From Flavobacteria bacterium MS024-2A (GTDB lineage: Bacteria > Bacteroidota > Bacteroidia > Flavobacteriales > Flavobacteriaceae): a DNA stretch of 49,488 bases. Shown here piece after piece: positions 1-8,376 of the stretch. The position numbers and the translations under genes are program-made. The stretch covers positions 1 through 49,488 of the forward strand of contig CAJJAB010000009.1 in the NCBI GenBank assembly GCA_905181895.1. The letters run 5' to 3'. Below the pieces are notes generated by a model, which was not told the DNA's origin, made no database searches, and saw nothing but the letters and a program-made list of their open reading frames with translations. Numbering within the stretch: position 1 is the first letter of the stretch; each line of letters starts with the position of its first letter.

Positions 1-2
1 AG

Positions 3-497
3 GCAGATGGGGCTCCACAAGATGGAATGGTTCACGCCGCCTCCGGATATAGAGATTTCCCAAATGCTACAAGAAGTCACTATGGAATGGATTTTTCACT
101 AGAATATTTTATTAATGATGAATGGACTTGGTACGGAAACTCATCATGGTTAAGTCAAACAGACTGGGCCGTTGGTGATGATGATTTACCGTTTACATCT
201 TATTTAAATGCTCCGAAATTTAAATTCAGAACAGGTTTTTCTTATGCACCTGATAATGGATTTAGAGGAAGAATTTCTTTTCAACATGATGATGCATTTA
301 CTGTTGAACAAGGACTATTTATCAACGGTATTGCTGATGAGAAAAACCTATTCGACATGAGTTTGGGTTATCAGTTTAGCAAAAACTTTGCATTGGATTT
401 AAGTGGTAATAACATCTTTGATCAAAAATATAGAGCAATGCCAGGACTTCCTGTTATTGGAAGAAGAATTCTTGCAAAAGCAACATATAACTTCTAG
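3..497 (+). CDS. TonB-dependent receptor / outer-membrane beta-barrel protein, C-terminal part (5' end outside window)
   Basis: Frame 3 is open from the window edge to TAG 495-497. The sequence is barrel-like and ends ...GRRILAKATYNF, with the terminal aromatic residue typical of TonB-dependent receptors. A hairpin terminator follows. Confidence 0.7.
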   Translation, partial: ADGAPQDGMVHAASGYRDFPNATRSHYGMDFSLEYFINDEWTWYGNSSWLSQTDWAVGDDDLPFTSYLNAPKFKFRTGFSYAPDNGFRGRISFQHDDAFTVEQGLFINGIADEKNLFDMSLGYQFSKNFALDLSGNNIFDQKYRAMPGLPVIGRRILAKATYNF

Positions 498-514
498 TTT
501 TATTAAACTTCATA

Positions 515-549
515 AAGGGTAATTGCGAAGGCAGTTACCCTTTTTTTTT
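515..549 (+). terminator. Rho-independent terminator after the receptor gene
   Basis: AAGGGTAA (515-522) pairs perfectly with TTACCCTT (535-542) across a 12-nt loop and runs into a T9 tract (541-549). Confidence 0.7.
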
Positions 550-552
550 ATT

Positions 553-1299
553 ATGAAAAAAGAAAAAATAGCATTTATTACTGGAGCTGCAAAAGGTATA
601 GGAAAATCAACTGCCGCTTTTTTAGCCTCTAAAGGGTGTAAGGTTTATATAACAGACATTGACTTACCTGTATTAGAAAAAACCACTAAAGAGTTTAAAA
701 AAGAAGGATTTAATGTTGTCGCAAGTCTTTTAGATGTTTGTGATGCAGAAGCTGTTGAAAAGCAGATTCAAAAAATCATTCTCCAAGAGGGTAATCTGCA
801 TTATTGTGTTAATAATGCAGGAATTCAAGGTCCTATAGCTCCACTAACTCAGATCTCAATTGAAGACTGGGAACGAACACTAAAAGTTAATTTATCTAGT
901 GTTTTTTATTGTCTACAAAGCCAAATCAAGGCTTTAATTGGTTTAGGGGGAGGAAATATTGTAAATGTTGCTTCTATGGCTGGGCTAAATGGTGCTGCTC
1001 TGGGCGGGCCGTATGTTGCTTCCAAACACGGTGTAATTGGATTGACCAAAACCGCAGCTATCGAAGTGGGTGCATATAATATTCGAGTGAATGCAGTTTG
1101 TCCTGGATTTATAAATACCGAAATGATCGATAACGTTCCCAAAAAGATACTGGATTATACCACTAATATTCGTGTACCAATGAAACGTATTGGTGAGCCG
1201 GAAGAAGTGGCAAAAACAATATATTGGTTATTATCTTCAGAGTCTTCTTATGTAAATGGACATACAATGGTAATTGATGGAGGAATGTACTCTGGTTGA
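553..1299 (+). CDS. Short-chain dehydrogenase/reductase (classical SDR)
   Basis: Has TGAAKGIG cofactor motif, NNAG, and catalytic YVASK (YxxxK). I prefer ATG 553 (MKKEKIAFITGAAKGIG) to the TTG 523 of the ORF track, which lies inside the upstream terminator and T-run. Confidence 0.85.
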   Translation: MKKEKIAFITGAAKGIGKSTAAFLASKGCKVYITDIDLPVLEKTTKEFKKEGFNVVASLLDVCDAEAVEKQIQKIILQEGNLHYCVNNAGIQGPIAPLTQISIEDWERTLKVNLSSVFYCLQSQIKALIGLGGGNIVNVASMAGLNGAALGGPYVASKHGVIGLTKTAAIEVGAYNIRVNAVCPGFINTEMIDNVPKKILDYTTNIRVPMKRIGEPEEVAKTIYWLLSSESSYVNGHTMVIDGGMYSG

Positions 1300-1317
1300 C
1301 AACTTTCGCTTTGCTAA

Positions 1318-1746
1318 CGGGGTTTTTTTGAGGAAAGAGGAATCTTTTTAGAGACTCACGTAATGACATTAAAAAAGTATTGGCTTAAAGGAAATAAAAA
1401 AGGAAGTATTGACATCTTGATCAACTCCTTACCAGGCTATCCTGTTAATTTTACTTATAATGGAAAAGACACCTAATAGATTACATTTCCATCACCCAGA
1501 AGCACTATTATAGATGAGCTTTTTTTAAGTCAATGGTTAAAAAAAATAATATGGCGGTTGCCCTCTTCAATAAGAGATGAAAAAGTAAATAAGTCATATA
1601 TTCTAGTTATTGGAATTGATGAAAACGGAAAAATACTTCATAATCTTAAAGACGAATTAGGAAAAGCATATTATCTTACTTCTGTAATTGAACACAATGG
1701 AGAACTTTGGCTTGGAAGTAATAAATCAAATCAACTTTTAAATTAA
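1318..1746 (+). pseudogene. Remnant of a strictosidine-synthase-like / SMP-30-gluconolactonase-fold gene (C-terminal third only, interrupted by two in-frame stops)
   Basis: A single frame (frame 1) reads RGFFEERGIFLETHVMTLKKYWLKGNKKGSIDILINSLPGYPVNFTYNGKDT, then TAA TAG (1474-1479), then ITFPSPRSTIIDELFLSQWLKKIIWRLPSSIRDEK...LTSVIEHNGELWLGSNKSNQLLN. From memory, the YWLKG...LPGxPxN...SPR...LP...G(E)LWLGS pattern matches the C-terminal blades of strictosidine-synthase-like beta-propellers. About 200 N-terminal codons are missing, and TAA 1315-1317 closes the frame upstream. ORF-track entry 1558..1746 is the tail of this remnant. Confidence 0.6.
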
Positions 1747-1753
1747 ATAAATA

Positions 1754-2497
1754 ATGAGAAAATTAGATGGACAAATTGTAATTATAACTGGTGGTGCTCG
1801 TGGTATTGGTGAAGGAATATGTAAAGTATTTTGTAATGAAGGCGCAACAGTTGCTCTTTGGGATGTACTCGAAGAAGGTCAAATTACAGCTGATAATATT
1901 TCAGCAAATGGAGGAAATATCTTTTTTCAAAACGTTGATGTTACTAGTCAAGAATCTGTTGATACTGCCGTAAAAAAAATCATTGATAATCATGGAAAGA
2001 TAGATATTTTAATAAATAACGCAGGTATAATTAGAGATCGTTCTATTTTAAAGATGACCCGAGAAGAGTGGGATATGGTACAATCAGTTAATGTTGATTC
2101 CTTGTTTGTGACTGCAAAAGCAGTTTTGCCTCATATGAAGGCAGCTAATTATGGTAGAATTATTTCTGCCTCCTCGATTAATGCTTTCCAAGGTGCATTT
2201 GGTCAAACTAATTATACTGCGAGTAAAGCTGCAATTGTTGGTTTTACACACTCGTTATGTAGAGAAGTTGGGAAGTACAATATAACAGTCAATGCAGTAG
2301 CTCCTGGCTTTATCAAATCAGAAATGTCAGATTCTATGCCAGATGAAATCATTAAAGCTGGAATAGCTCAAATACCGGTTGGGAGAATAGGAACAGCCGA
2401 AGATATGGGACACGCCTATTTATTTCTAGCCTCAAAAGAAGCTGGGTTTGTTAGTGGACATACCTTACATGCCAATGGGGGGGCAATGCCGATTTAA
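1754..2497 (+). CDS. SDR, 3-oxoacyl-(ACP/CoA) reductase FabG-like
   Basis: 247 aa with TGGARGIG, NNAG, catalytic S...YTASK, and PG motif (VAPGFI). Confidence 0.85.
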   Translation: MRKLDGQIVIITGGARGIGEGICKVFCNEGATVALWDVLEEGQITADNISANGGNIFFQNVDVTSQESVDTAVKKIIDNHGKIDILINNAGIIRDRSILKMTREEWDMVQSVNVDSLFVTAKAVLPHMKAANYGRIISASSINAFQGAFGQTNYTASKAAIVGFTHSLCREVGKYNITVNAVAPGFIKSEMSDSMPDEIIKAGIAQIPVGRIGTAEDMGHAYLFLASKEAGFVSGHTLHANGGAMPI

Positions 2498-2498
2498 A

Positions 2499-3275
2499 AT
2501 GACAAAAAGCACCAAAAATTTATTTGAATTAACCGGTAAAGTCGCCATTGTCACAGGCTCTAGCAAAGGAATTGGACTTGCCATAGCCACTGCTTTTGCT
2601 GAATATGGTGCTCATGTAGTGCTAAGCAGTCGTTCACAAGAAGCATTAGAGGAGCTCGCTAAAGAATTGAGTTTAAAAGGATATTCAATTATGGCACAAG
2701 CTTGCCATGTTGGAGATGAAAGTCAGCGTCAAAATTTAGTTGATAAGACTTTAGAGAGATTTGGACGTATAGATATATTGGTAAATAATGCCGCTATAAA
2801 CCCTGTCTATGAACCTTTGGATAAGATGACCGAAGCTGTTTATGATAAAATGATGAATGTAAACGTAAAGGGAGCTTTTGCCTTGAGTAATCTGTGTTTT
2901 GCTCATCTAAAAGAAAAAAAGGATGGAGCTATTATTAATATTGCTTCTGTAGAAGGATTAAAACCTAGTTTTGGATTAGGTATATATAGCGTCACTAAAG
3001 CGGCTTTAATTATGCTTACCCAAGTTCAGGCAAAAGAATGGGGGAAACACGGAATTCGTTCAAATGCGATTTGTCCTGGATTAATTCAAACCAAGTTCAG
3101 CAAAGCTCTTTGGAAGAATGAGGCCTTATTAGATCAGGTTGAAAAAGAATTGCCAGCAGGAAGAATGGCTCAACCATTCGAAATGACAGGTTTAGCAGTT
3201 TATTTAGCCTCCCCCGCTGGAAGTTATTCAACAGGTGGAGTTTATAATGCTGATGGTGGACATATGATAATGTAA
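2499..3275 (+). CDS. SDR family oxidoreductase
   Basis: Has TGSSKGIG, NNAA, YSVTK and ICPGLI. ATG 2499 sits 1 nt after the upstream TAA (2495-2497). The TTG 2448 extension in the ORF track overlaps the previous gene and is not needed. Confidence 0.85.
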   Translation: MTKSTKNLFELTGKVAIVTGSSKGIGLAIATAFAEYGAHVVLSSRSQEALEELAKELSLKGYSIMAQACHVGDESQRQNLVDKTLERFGRIDILVNNAAINPVYEPLDKMTEAVYDKMMNVNVKGAFALSNLCFAHLKEKKDGAIINIASVEGLKPSFGLGIYSVTKAALIMLTQVQAKEWGKHGIRSNAICPGLIQTKFSKALWKNEALLDQVEKELPAGRMAQPFEMTGLAVYLASPAGSYSTGGVYNADGGHMIM

Positions 3276-3285
3276 AAAGAGAATT

Positions 3286-3771
3286 ATGGAAACACAAAAA
3301 ACACAAAAAGCCTACAGAAGTATATTTAAAAATATATCTGAAATGGAAAATGCTGTAGGTAGAGAATTGGGGCTTACACCATGGAAAATTATGGATCAAG
3401 AGCGGATTAATACTTTTGCTAAAGCAACTGAAGATGAACAATGGATTCATATTGATGAAGAACGCTGTAAAAAGGAATCACCTTACAAGCAAACAATAGC
3501 TCACGGATTTTTGATGCTATCTATGTGTTCTAAAATAATGTATGATTCTTATGAAATAGGAGAGGTATCGATGGCTATAAATTACGGTTTGGATAAAGTT
3601 CGTTTTCCAAATGCTACCCCAGCAGAGTCAAAATTTAGAGGTCGAGTTTCTCTTGCTGAATTTAATATTATTCCAAATGGAGCTAAGTATAAATTAAATG
3701 TAATTATCGAATTGGAAGGTCAAGAAAAGCCAGCTTGTGTCGCTGAATTTTTAGCCCTTGCATATAATTAA
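3286..3771 (+). CDS. MaoC-like (R)-specific enoyl-CoA hydratase / hot-dog fold dehydratase
   Basis: 161 aa, single hot-dog size. The hydratase-2-like segment is ATEDEQWIHIDEERCKKESPYKQTIAHGF (D-x-x-x-I-H-x-D ... AHG). Confidence 0.7.
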   Translation: METQKTQKAYRSIFKNISEMENAVGRELGLTPWKIMDQERINTFAKATEDEQWIHIDEERCKKESPYKQTIAHGFLMLSMCSKIMYDSYEIGEVSMAINYGLDKVRFPNATPAESKFRGRVSLAEFNIIPNGAKYKLNVIIELEGQEKPACVAEFLALAYN

Positions 3772-3777
3772 TAAAAT

Positions 3778-4560
3778 ATGGAAAACGCTGTATTATTCAA
3801 AGTTAAAAAAGGAGTAGCTACAATTACCCTCAACCGACCTGATCGCTATAATGCTGTAAATCAAGACTTAGTAGATGGGATTTCAAACTCTCTCAAAAAG
3901 TGTGAAGTTGATGAAACAATTCGGGCAGTTGTTATAACTGGAGCAGGACGTGGTTTTTGTGCTGGAGCAGATATGTCTGTTTTTGGAGATGGAGTTACTG
4001 CAGATCAACGGAGTCAATATTTAATAGATCAATACCAACCGCTGATGAATCAATTTTTCTCATTAAAGAAACCGATAATTGGCGCTATAAACGGTACTGC
4101 TGCTGGAGTAGGAGCTGCTTTTGCTCTAGCCTGCGATTTTCGTGTAATGAGTGACCAAAGTGGAATTCTGTATGCTTTTGTTAATATAGGTCTTGGTCCT
4201 GATGGAGGTGCAAGTTGGCTTCTTACAAGACAAGTAGGGTACAGCCGTGCCCTAGAAATTGCAACCAGTGGGAAAAAAGTGACAGGGCAAAAATGTTTAG
4301 AATTAGGACTTACAAACCGAATTGTAGCGCAAGATGATATTTTAAGTAATGCTCAATCTTGGGCAGAAGATTTTGCAATCCGACCGACTTTAGCAATAGG
4401 TATTGCAAAAGAAGATATGTTTTTTGCAATGGATCACAGTCTTAATGAAGCAATTGCTTTTGAAGCAAAAAAACAAATTGATGCCTTTAATAGTCACGAT
4501 TTAAAAGAAGGAGTTTCGGCATTTATAGAAAAAAGAAAGCCTATTTTTTTAGGAAAATAA
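3778..4560 (+). CDS. Enoyl-CoA hydratase/isomerase (crotonase superfamily)
   Basis: 260 aa. Has ITLNRPDRYNA, an FCAGADM oxyanion-hole segment, and GAINGTAAGVGAAFALACDFRV. Confidence 0.85.
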   Translation: MENAVLFKVKKGVATITLNRPDRYNAVNQDLVDGISNSLKKCEVDETIRAVVITGAGRGFCAGADMSVFGDGVTADQRSQYLIDQYQPLMNQFFSLKKPIIGAINGTAAGVGAAFALACDFRVMSDQSGILYAFVNIGLGPDGGASWLLTRQVGYSRALEIATSGKKVTGQKCLELGLTNRIVAQDDILSNAQSWAEDFAIRPTLAIGIAKEDMFFAMDHSLNEAIAFEAKKQIDAFNSHDLKEGVSAFIEKRKPIFLGK

Positions 4561-4569
4561 GATTATAAA

Positions 4570-5751
4570 ATGAATTTTGAAGAAATAAAAAAGAAGACAG
4601 AAGTTTTTGTAAAAGAGGAATTATATGCCCTTGAGCCTTGGATACTAAATGTTGAATGGGAGGAGAAATTACCTAAGCTAAATGAACTTAGAGAAAAAGT
4701 TAAATCAAAGGGGCTCTGGCTTCCACAGATTCCCAAAGCGTATGGAGGTTTAGGACTAACCAATGCTCAGCATGGAGAAGTAAGTGAAATTTTAGGAGCA
4801 AGTCCTTATGGTCATTACTGCTTTAATTGTCAAGCTCCTGATGCTGGGAATATGGAAATTCTTATTGAGTTTGGAACGGATGAGCAAAAAGAAACTTATT
4901 TATATCCCCTTTTAAAAGGAGAAATAAGAAGTTGTTTCGCAATGACAGAACCAGATCATGCTGGGTCTAATCCTGTTAAAATGGGAACCATTGCCGTAAA
5001 GGATAATGGGAATTATATAATCAATGGTCATAAATGGTTTACTTCAGGTTTTGATGGTGCTGCTTTTGCTATTGTTATGTTAGTTTCAAATCCTGATGGA
5101 AGCGCTCCACATAAAAAGGCAAGTCAGGTAATTGTTCCAACATCTAACAAGGGTTTAGAATTCGTTAGAAATATTTCTATAATGGGACATCCAGGTGGAG
5201 GCTGGGAAAGTCATGCTGAAATTAAATTTCATGACGTAAAAGTTCCTTTGTCAAATGTTTTAGGGGGAGATGGAGAGGGTTTTACCATTGCTCAAAAAAG
5301 ATTGGGACCCGGAAGGATTCATCACTGTATGCGATGGATTGGAATGTGTGAACGTGCTTTTGATTTAATGTGTGAACGTGCTGTTTCGAGAGAAATTTCT
5401 GAGGGGGTAATGCTAGGAGAAAAACAGACTATTCAAAACTGGATATCAGAATGTCGAGCTGAAATAAATGCTTCAAGACTCTTAGTACAAGATGCTGCAA
5501 ACAAAATAGACACTCAAGGCGCTTATAAAACTAGACCTGAGATTTCAATAATTAAATTTTACTGTGCTCAAGTGCTTCAAAAAGTAGTAGACTGTGCAAT
5601 TCAAGTTCATGGAGCAAAAGGGGTTACTGACGACACTATTCTTTCTGCTTATTACCGACACGAAAGAGCTGCTCGAATTTATGATGGAGCTGATGAGGTG
5701 CATAAGAGTAGATTAGCAAGAAGTATTCTAAAGAAATACACAAAAAATTAA
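4570..5751 (+). CDS. Atypical acyl-CoA dehydrogenase family protein, ACAD10/ACAD11-like (LvaC-like)
   Basis: 393 aa ACAD fold (CFAMTEPDHAGSNP, NGHKWFTSG). From memory, LGPGRIHHCMRWIGMCERA and the C-terminal YDGADEVH (where canonical ACADs have YEGTSEIQ) are the hallmarks of the ACAD10/11 / FadE2-like clade. Confidence 0.75.
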   Translation: MNFEEIKKKTEVFVKEELYALEPWILNVEWEEKLPKLNELREKVKSKGLWLPQIPKAYGGLGLTNAQHGEVSEILGASPYGHYCFNCQAPDAGNMEILIEFGTDEQKETYLYPLLKGEIRSCFAMTEPDHAGSNPVKMGTIAVKDNGNYIINGHKWFTSGFDGAAFAIVMLVSNPDGSAPHKKASQVIVPTSNKGLEFVRNISIMGHPGGGWESHAEIKFHDVKVPLSNVLGGDGEGFTIAQKRLGPGRIHHCMRWIGMCERAFDLMCERAVSREISEGVMLGEKQTIQNWISECRAEINASRLLVQDAANKIDTQGAYKTRPEISIIKFYCAQVLQKVVDCAIQVHGAKGVTDDTILSAYYRHERAARIYDGADEVHKSRLARSILKKYTKN

Positions 5752-5775
5752 ATCAATAATTTTAGATAAAAATTG

Positions 5776-7287
5776 ATGAAAAAAATAACAGACGGGAAAA
5801 GTTATATAGACTCGCTAAGAAATAGAAATCTAATAGTCTATCTTTTTGGGGAAAAGGTAAAAGAGCCTGTTGATCATAAAATGATCCGGCCTTCAATCAA
5901 TGCGATTGCAAAAACCTATGATTTGGCAATTTCAAACCCGGATTTAGCTAGTGTTGTCTCCCCCTTTACCGGTGAACGGGTTAGTCGCTTTCTTCATGTA
6001 TGTACTAGCGCTGAAGAACTTGTTTTACAAAATAAAATGCAACGTAAGTTGGGGCAACTTACAGGGACTTGTTTTCAGCGATGTGTTGGAATGGACGCCT
6101 TTAATTCGCTGTATTCTGTTACCTATGAAATGGATGAAGTCAATGGATCGGTATATCATTCCAAGCTTAAAGAGTTTTTGAAATTTATGCACCAGTATAA
6201 TCTTGTTTTGGGAGGAGCTATGACCGATGTCAAAGGGGATCGAAGTTTGGCACCACATCAGCAAGAAGATCCAGATATGTTTTTACATATTAACAAGCGT
6301 ACCGATAAAGGAGTTTATGTATCTGGAGCAAAGGCTCACCAAACAGGCTGTATTAATTCTCACTGGATGATGGTTATGCCAACTATGCGACTTTCGGAAG
6401 CAGACAAAGACTATGCGATAGTTGGAGCAGTCCCAGTTACCGCTGAGGGTATAACTTACATTTATGGAAGACAGTCATGTGACACCAGAAGTATGGAGGA
6501 GGGTTCAATTGATGTTGGAAATGCAGAATATGGTGGGCAAGAAGCTATGGTTCTTTTTGATAATGTCTTTATTGCAAATGAACATATTTTCATGGATGGT
6601 GAATATGACTTTGCTGCGCTATTAGTTGAACGATTTACTACTTATCACCGAAGAAGTTATGTTTGTAAATCAGGGGTAGGAGACGTATTGATCGGAGCAG
6701 CAGCTTCTATAGCTGAAATGAATGGAGTTGAAAAAGCATCGCATATAAAAGATAAATTAGTACAAATGTCTCACCTCAATGAGACAATATACGCAACTGG
6801 AATCGCGTCTTCTTATCAGGGATTTAAAACAAAATCAGGATGTTATCAATGTGATGATATGCTTTCAAATGTTTGTAAACATCACGTTACAAAATTACCT
6901 TTTGAGATGGCGCAAATATCTCAAGATTTAGCAGGGGGTTTTGTTTCTACCTTACCTTCAGAAAAAGATTTGAATCATCCAGAAATTGGAAAATTATTAA
7001 AGAAATATCTAAAAGGAAGTAGTCGTTTTTCGTCAGAGGAACGGATTCGGATTCTTCGACTGATTGAAAACATGACTATGGGTAGAAACGCTGTAGGATA
7101 TTTAACAGAAAGTGTTCATGGTGCTGGCTCACCACAGGCGCAAAGAGTTCAAATAGGAAGGATGATGCAACTAGAATATAAAAAGCGATTAGCTAAATCT
7201 CTAGCAGGAATAGAGGTTAAGACAGATAAAAATATGATTATCAATGAATTAGGAGATTATTTTGAGCGTGTTTTTGATACAAATTAA
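5776..7287 (+). CDS. 4-hydroxybutyryl-CoA dehydratase / vinylacetyl-CoA isomerase-like protein (AbfD / HpaB-fold family)
   Basis: 503 aa. Has GTCFQRCVGMDA (Cys-x3-Cys) and YHRRSYVCKSGVGD (His...Cys), resembling the [4Fe-4S] ligand set of AbfD-type enzymes. The N- and C-terminal layout fits the 4-hydroxyphenylacetate-3-hydroxylase fold. I prefer ATG 5776 to TTG 5773. Confidence 0.65.
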   Translation: MKKITDGKSYIDSLRNRNLIVYLFGEKVKEPVDHKMIRPSINAIAKTYDLAISNPDLASVVSPFTGERVSRFLHVCTSAEELVLQNKMQRKLGQLTGTCFQRCVGMDAFNSLYSVTYEMDEVNGSVYHSKLKEFLKFMHQYNLVLGGAMTDVKGDRSLAPHQQEDPDMFLHINKRTDKGVYVSGAKAHQTGCINSHWMMVMPTMRLSEADKDYAIVGAVPVTAEGITYIYGRQSCDTRSMEEGSIDVGNAEYGGQEAMVLFDNVFIANEHIFMDGEYDFAALLVERFTTYHRRSYVCKSGVGDVLIGAAASIAEMNGVEKASHIKDKLVQMSHLNETIYATGIASSYQGFKTKSGCYQCDDMLSNVCKHHVTKLPFEMAQISQDLAGGFVSTLPSEKDLNHPEIGKLLKKYLKGSSRFSSEERIRILRLIENMTMGRNAVGYLTESVHGAGSPQAQRVQIGRMMQLEYKKRLAKSLAGIEVKTDKNMIINELGDYFERVFDTN

Positions 7288-7293
7288 TTAGAA

Positions 7294-8367
7294 ATGGAAC
7301 TGGATCAAGCCGGACAAATTAGATCAGGACAAGCCTTAGATGTTTCGTCTTTAGAAAACTATTTACGAAGCGAAATGGACCTTCCTGAAGTTTCTTTGGA
7401 GGTACTTCAATTTCCTTCGGGCTACTCCAATTTAACATATTTAATACGTTTTGGGAAACAGGAGTTTGTATTAAGGCGCCCTCCCCACGGAGCAAAAATA
7501 AAATCTGGTCACGACATGGGAAGAGAGTTTCAAATACTTTCTGGATTATATCCGATATATCCGAAGGTTCCCAAGCCTTATCTCTTTTGTGATGACACCT
7601 CGGTTATTGATGCTCCTTTTTATGTAATGGAGCGTATGCAAGGGATTATTTTCAGAGGACATACCCTTAAAGAACAACTCCCAACATCAGCTCAAATGCG
7701 CACATTGTCCAGTAAATTTGTAGCCACTTTAGCAGAAATTCACGCTATAGATTATCGAATTGCAGGTTTGGAAAATATAGGACGTCCTGAGGGTTATGTT
7801 CGACGACAAATAGAAGGCTGGACCAAACGGTATATTGGCGCAAAAACAGATGATGTTAAAACTTTAGAAAAAGTCTACACATGGCTAAATAAAAATATTC
7901 CTGAGCAAAACCAAGCTGCATTTATTCACAATGATTTCAAATACGATAATCTAATACTTTCTGAAGATGGGAAGCTTAATATTAAAGGAGTTTTAGATTG
8001 GGAAATGTCAACTCTTGGTGATCCGTTAATGGATTTAGGGACTACTTTGGGGTACTGGATTCAGGAGTCTGATCCTGAATTTATGAAGAAAAAAAATATG
8101 AATATTAGTCTTAATAAAGGAAATTTAACACGCGGTGAATTAGTCGAAAAATATGCTCAAATGACCACTCTATCTATAGATAATATTACTTTTTATTATG
8201 TTTTTGGATTATTTAAAATTGCAGTGATTATTCAGCAAATATTTTTTAGATATAAAAAAGGTTTTACTAAAGATACTCGTTTTAAAAATTTAGATGAAGC
8301 CGTCTTTATTTATGGTAAAATGGGGTTACAAGCGATTCAGAAAAATAAAATAGAAAACTTATTTTAA
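7294..8367 (+). CDS. Phosphotransferase (APH/choline-kinase fold), ACAD10/ACAD11 N-terminal kinase-like (LvaA-like)
   Basis: 357 aa. Catalytic loop is FIHNDFKYDNLIL (HxDxxxxN), followed by VLDWEMSTLGDPLMDLG. YVMERM is a hinge-like motif. Confidence 0.8.
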   Translation: MELDQAGQIRSGQALDVSSLENYLRSEMDLPEVSLEVLQFPSGYSNLTYLIRFGKQEFVLRRPPHGAKIKSGHDMGREFQILSGLYPIYPKVPKPYLFCDDTSVIDAPFYVMERMQGIIFRGHTLKEQLPTSAQMRTLSSKFVATLAEIHAIDYRIAGLENIGRPEGYVRRQIEGWTKRYIGAKTDDVKTLEKVYTWLNKNIPEQNQAAFIHNDFKYDNLILSEDGKLNIKGVLDWEMSTLGDPLMDLGTTLGYWIQESDPEFMKKKNMNISLNKGNLTRGELVEKYAQMTTLSIDNITFYYVFGLFKIAVIIQQIFFRYKKGFTKDTRFKNLDEAVFIYGKMGLQAIQKNKIENLF

Positions 8368-8376
8368 TAATTATCA

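Noticed and set aside
523-552. N-terminal extensions from TTG/GTG starts in the ORF track (523, 2448, 5773, 10843, 21978, 24963, 26218, 30803, 39060).
   Set aside because: In each case a downstream ATG gives the conserved N-terminus (Rossmann GxxxG start, MAQSTGKV of AtpD, MNKVVIVSAKRTP of thiolase, signal peptides). The extension would overlap the preceding gene or a terminator. For mutY (18135), gldE (19669) and rng (17444) no better ATG exists, so the non-ATG starts were kept.
906-1369. Minus-strand ORFs 906..1142 and 1163..1369 from the ORF track.
   Set aside because: The first lies antisense inside a clearly conserved SDR gene. The second spans the SDR 3' end and the pseudogene leader. 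Both have low-complexity, motif-free translations typical of shadow ORFs in AT-rich DNA.
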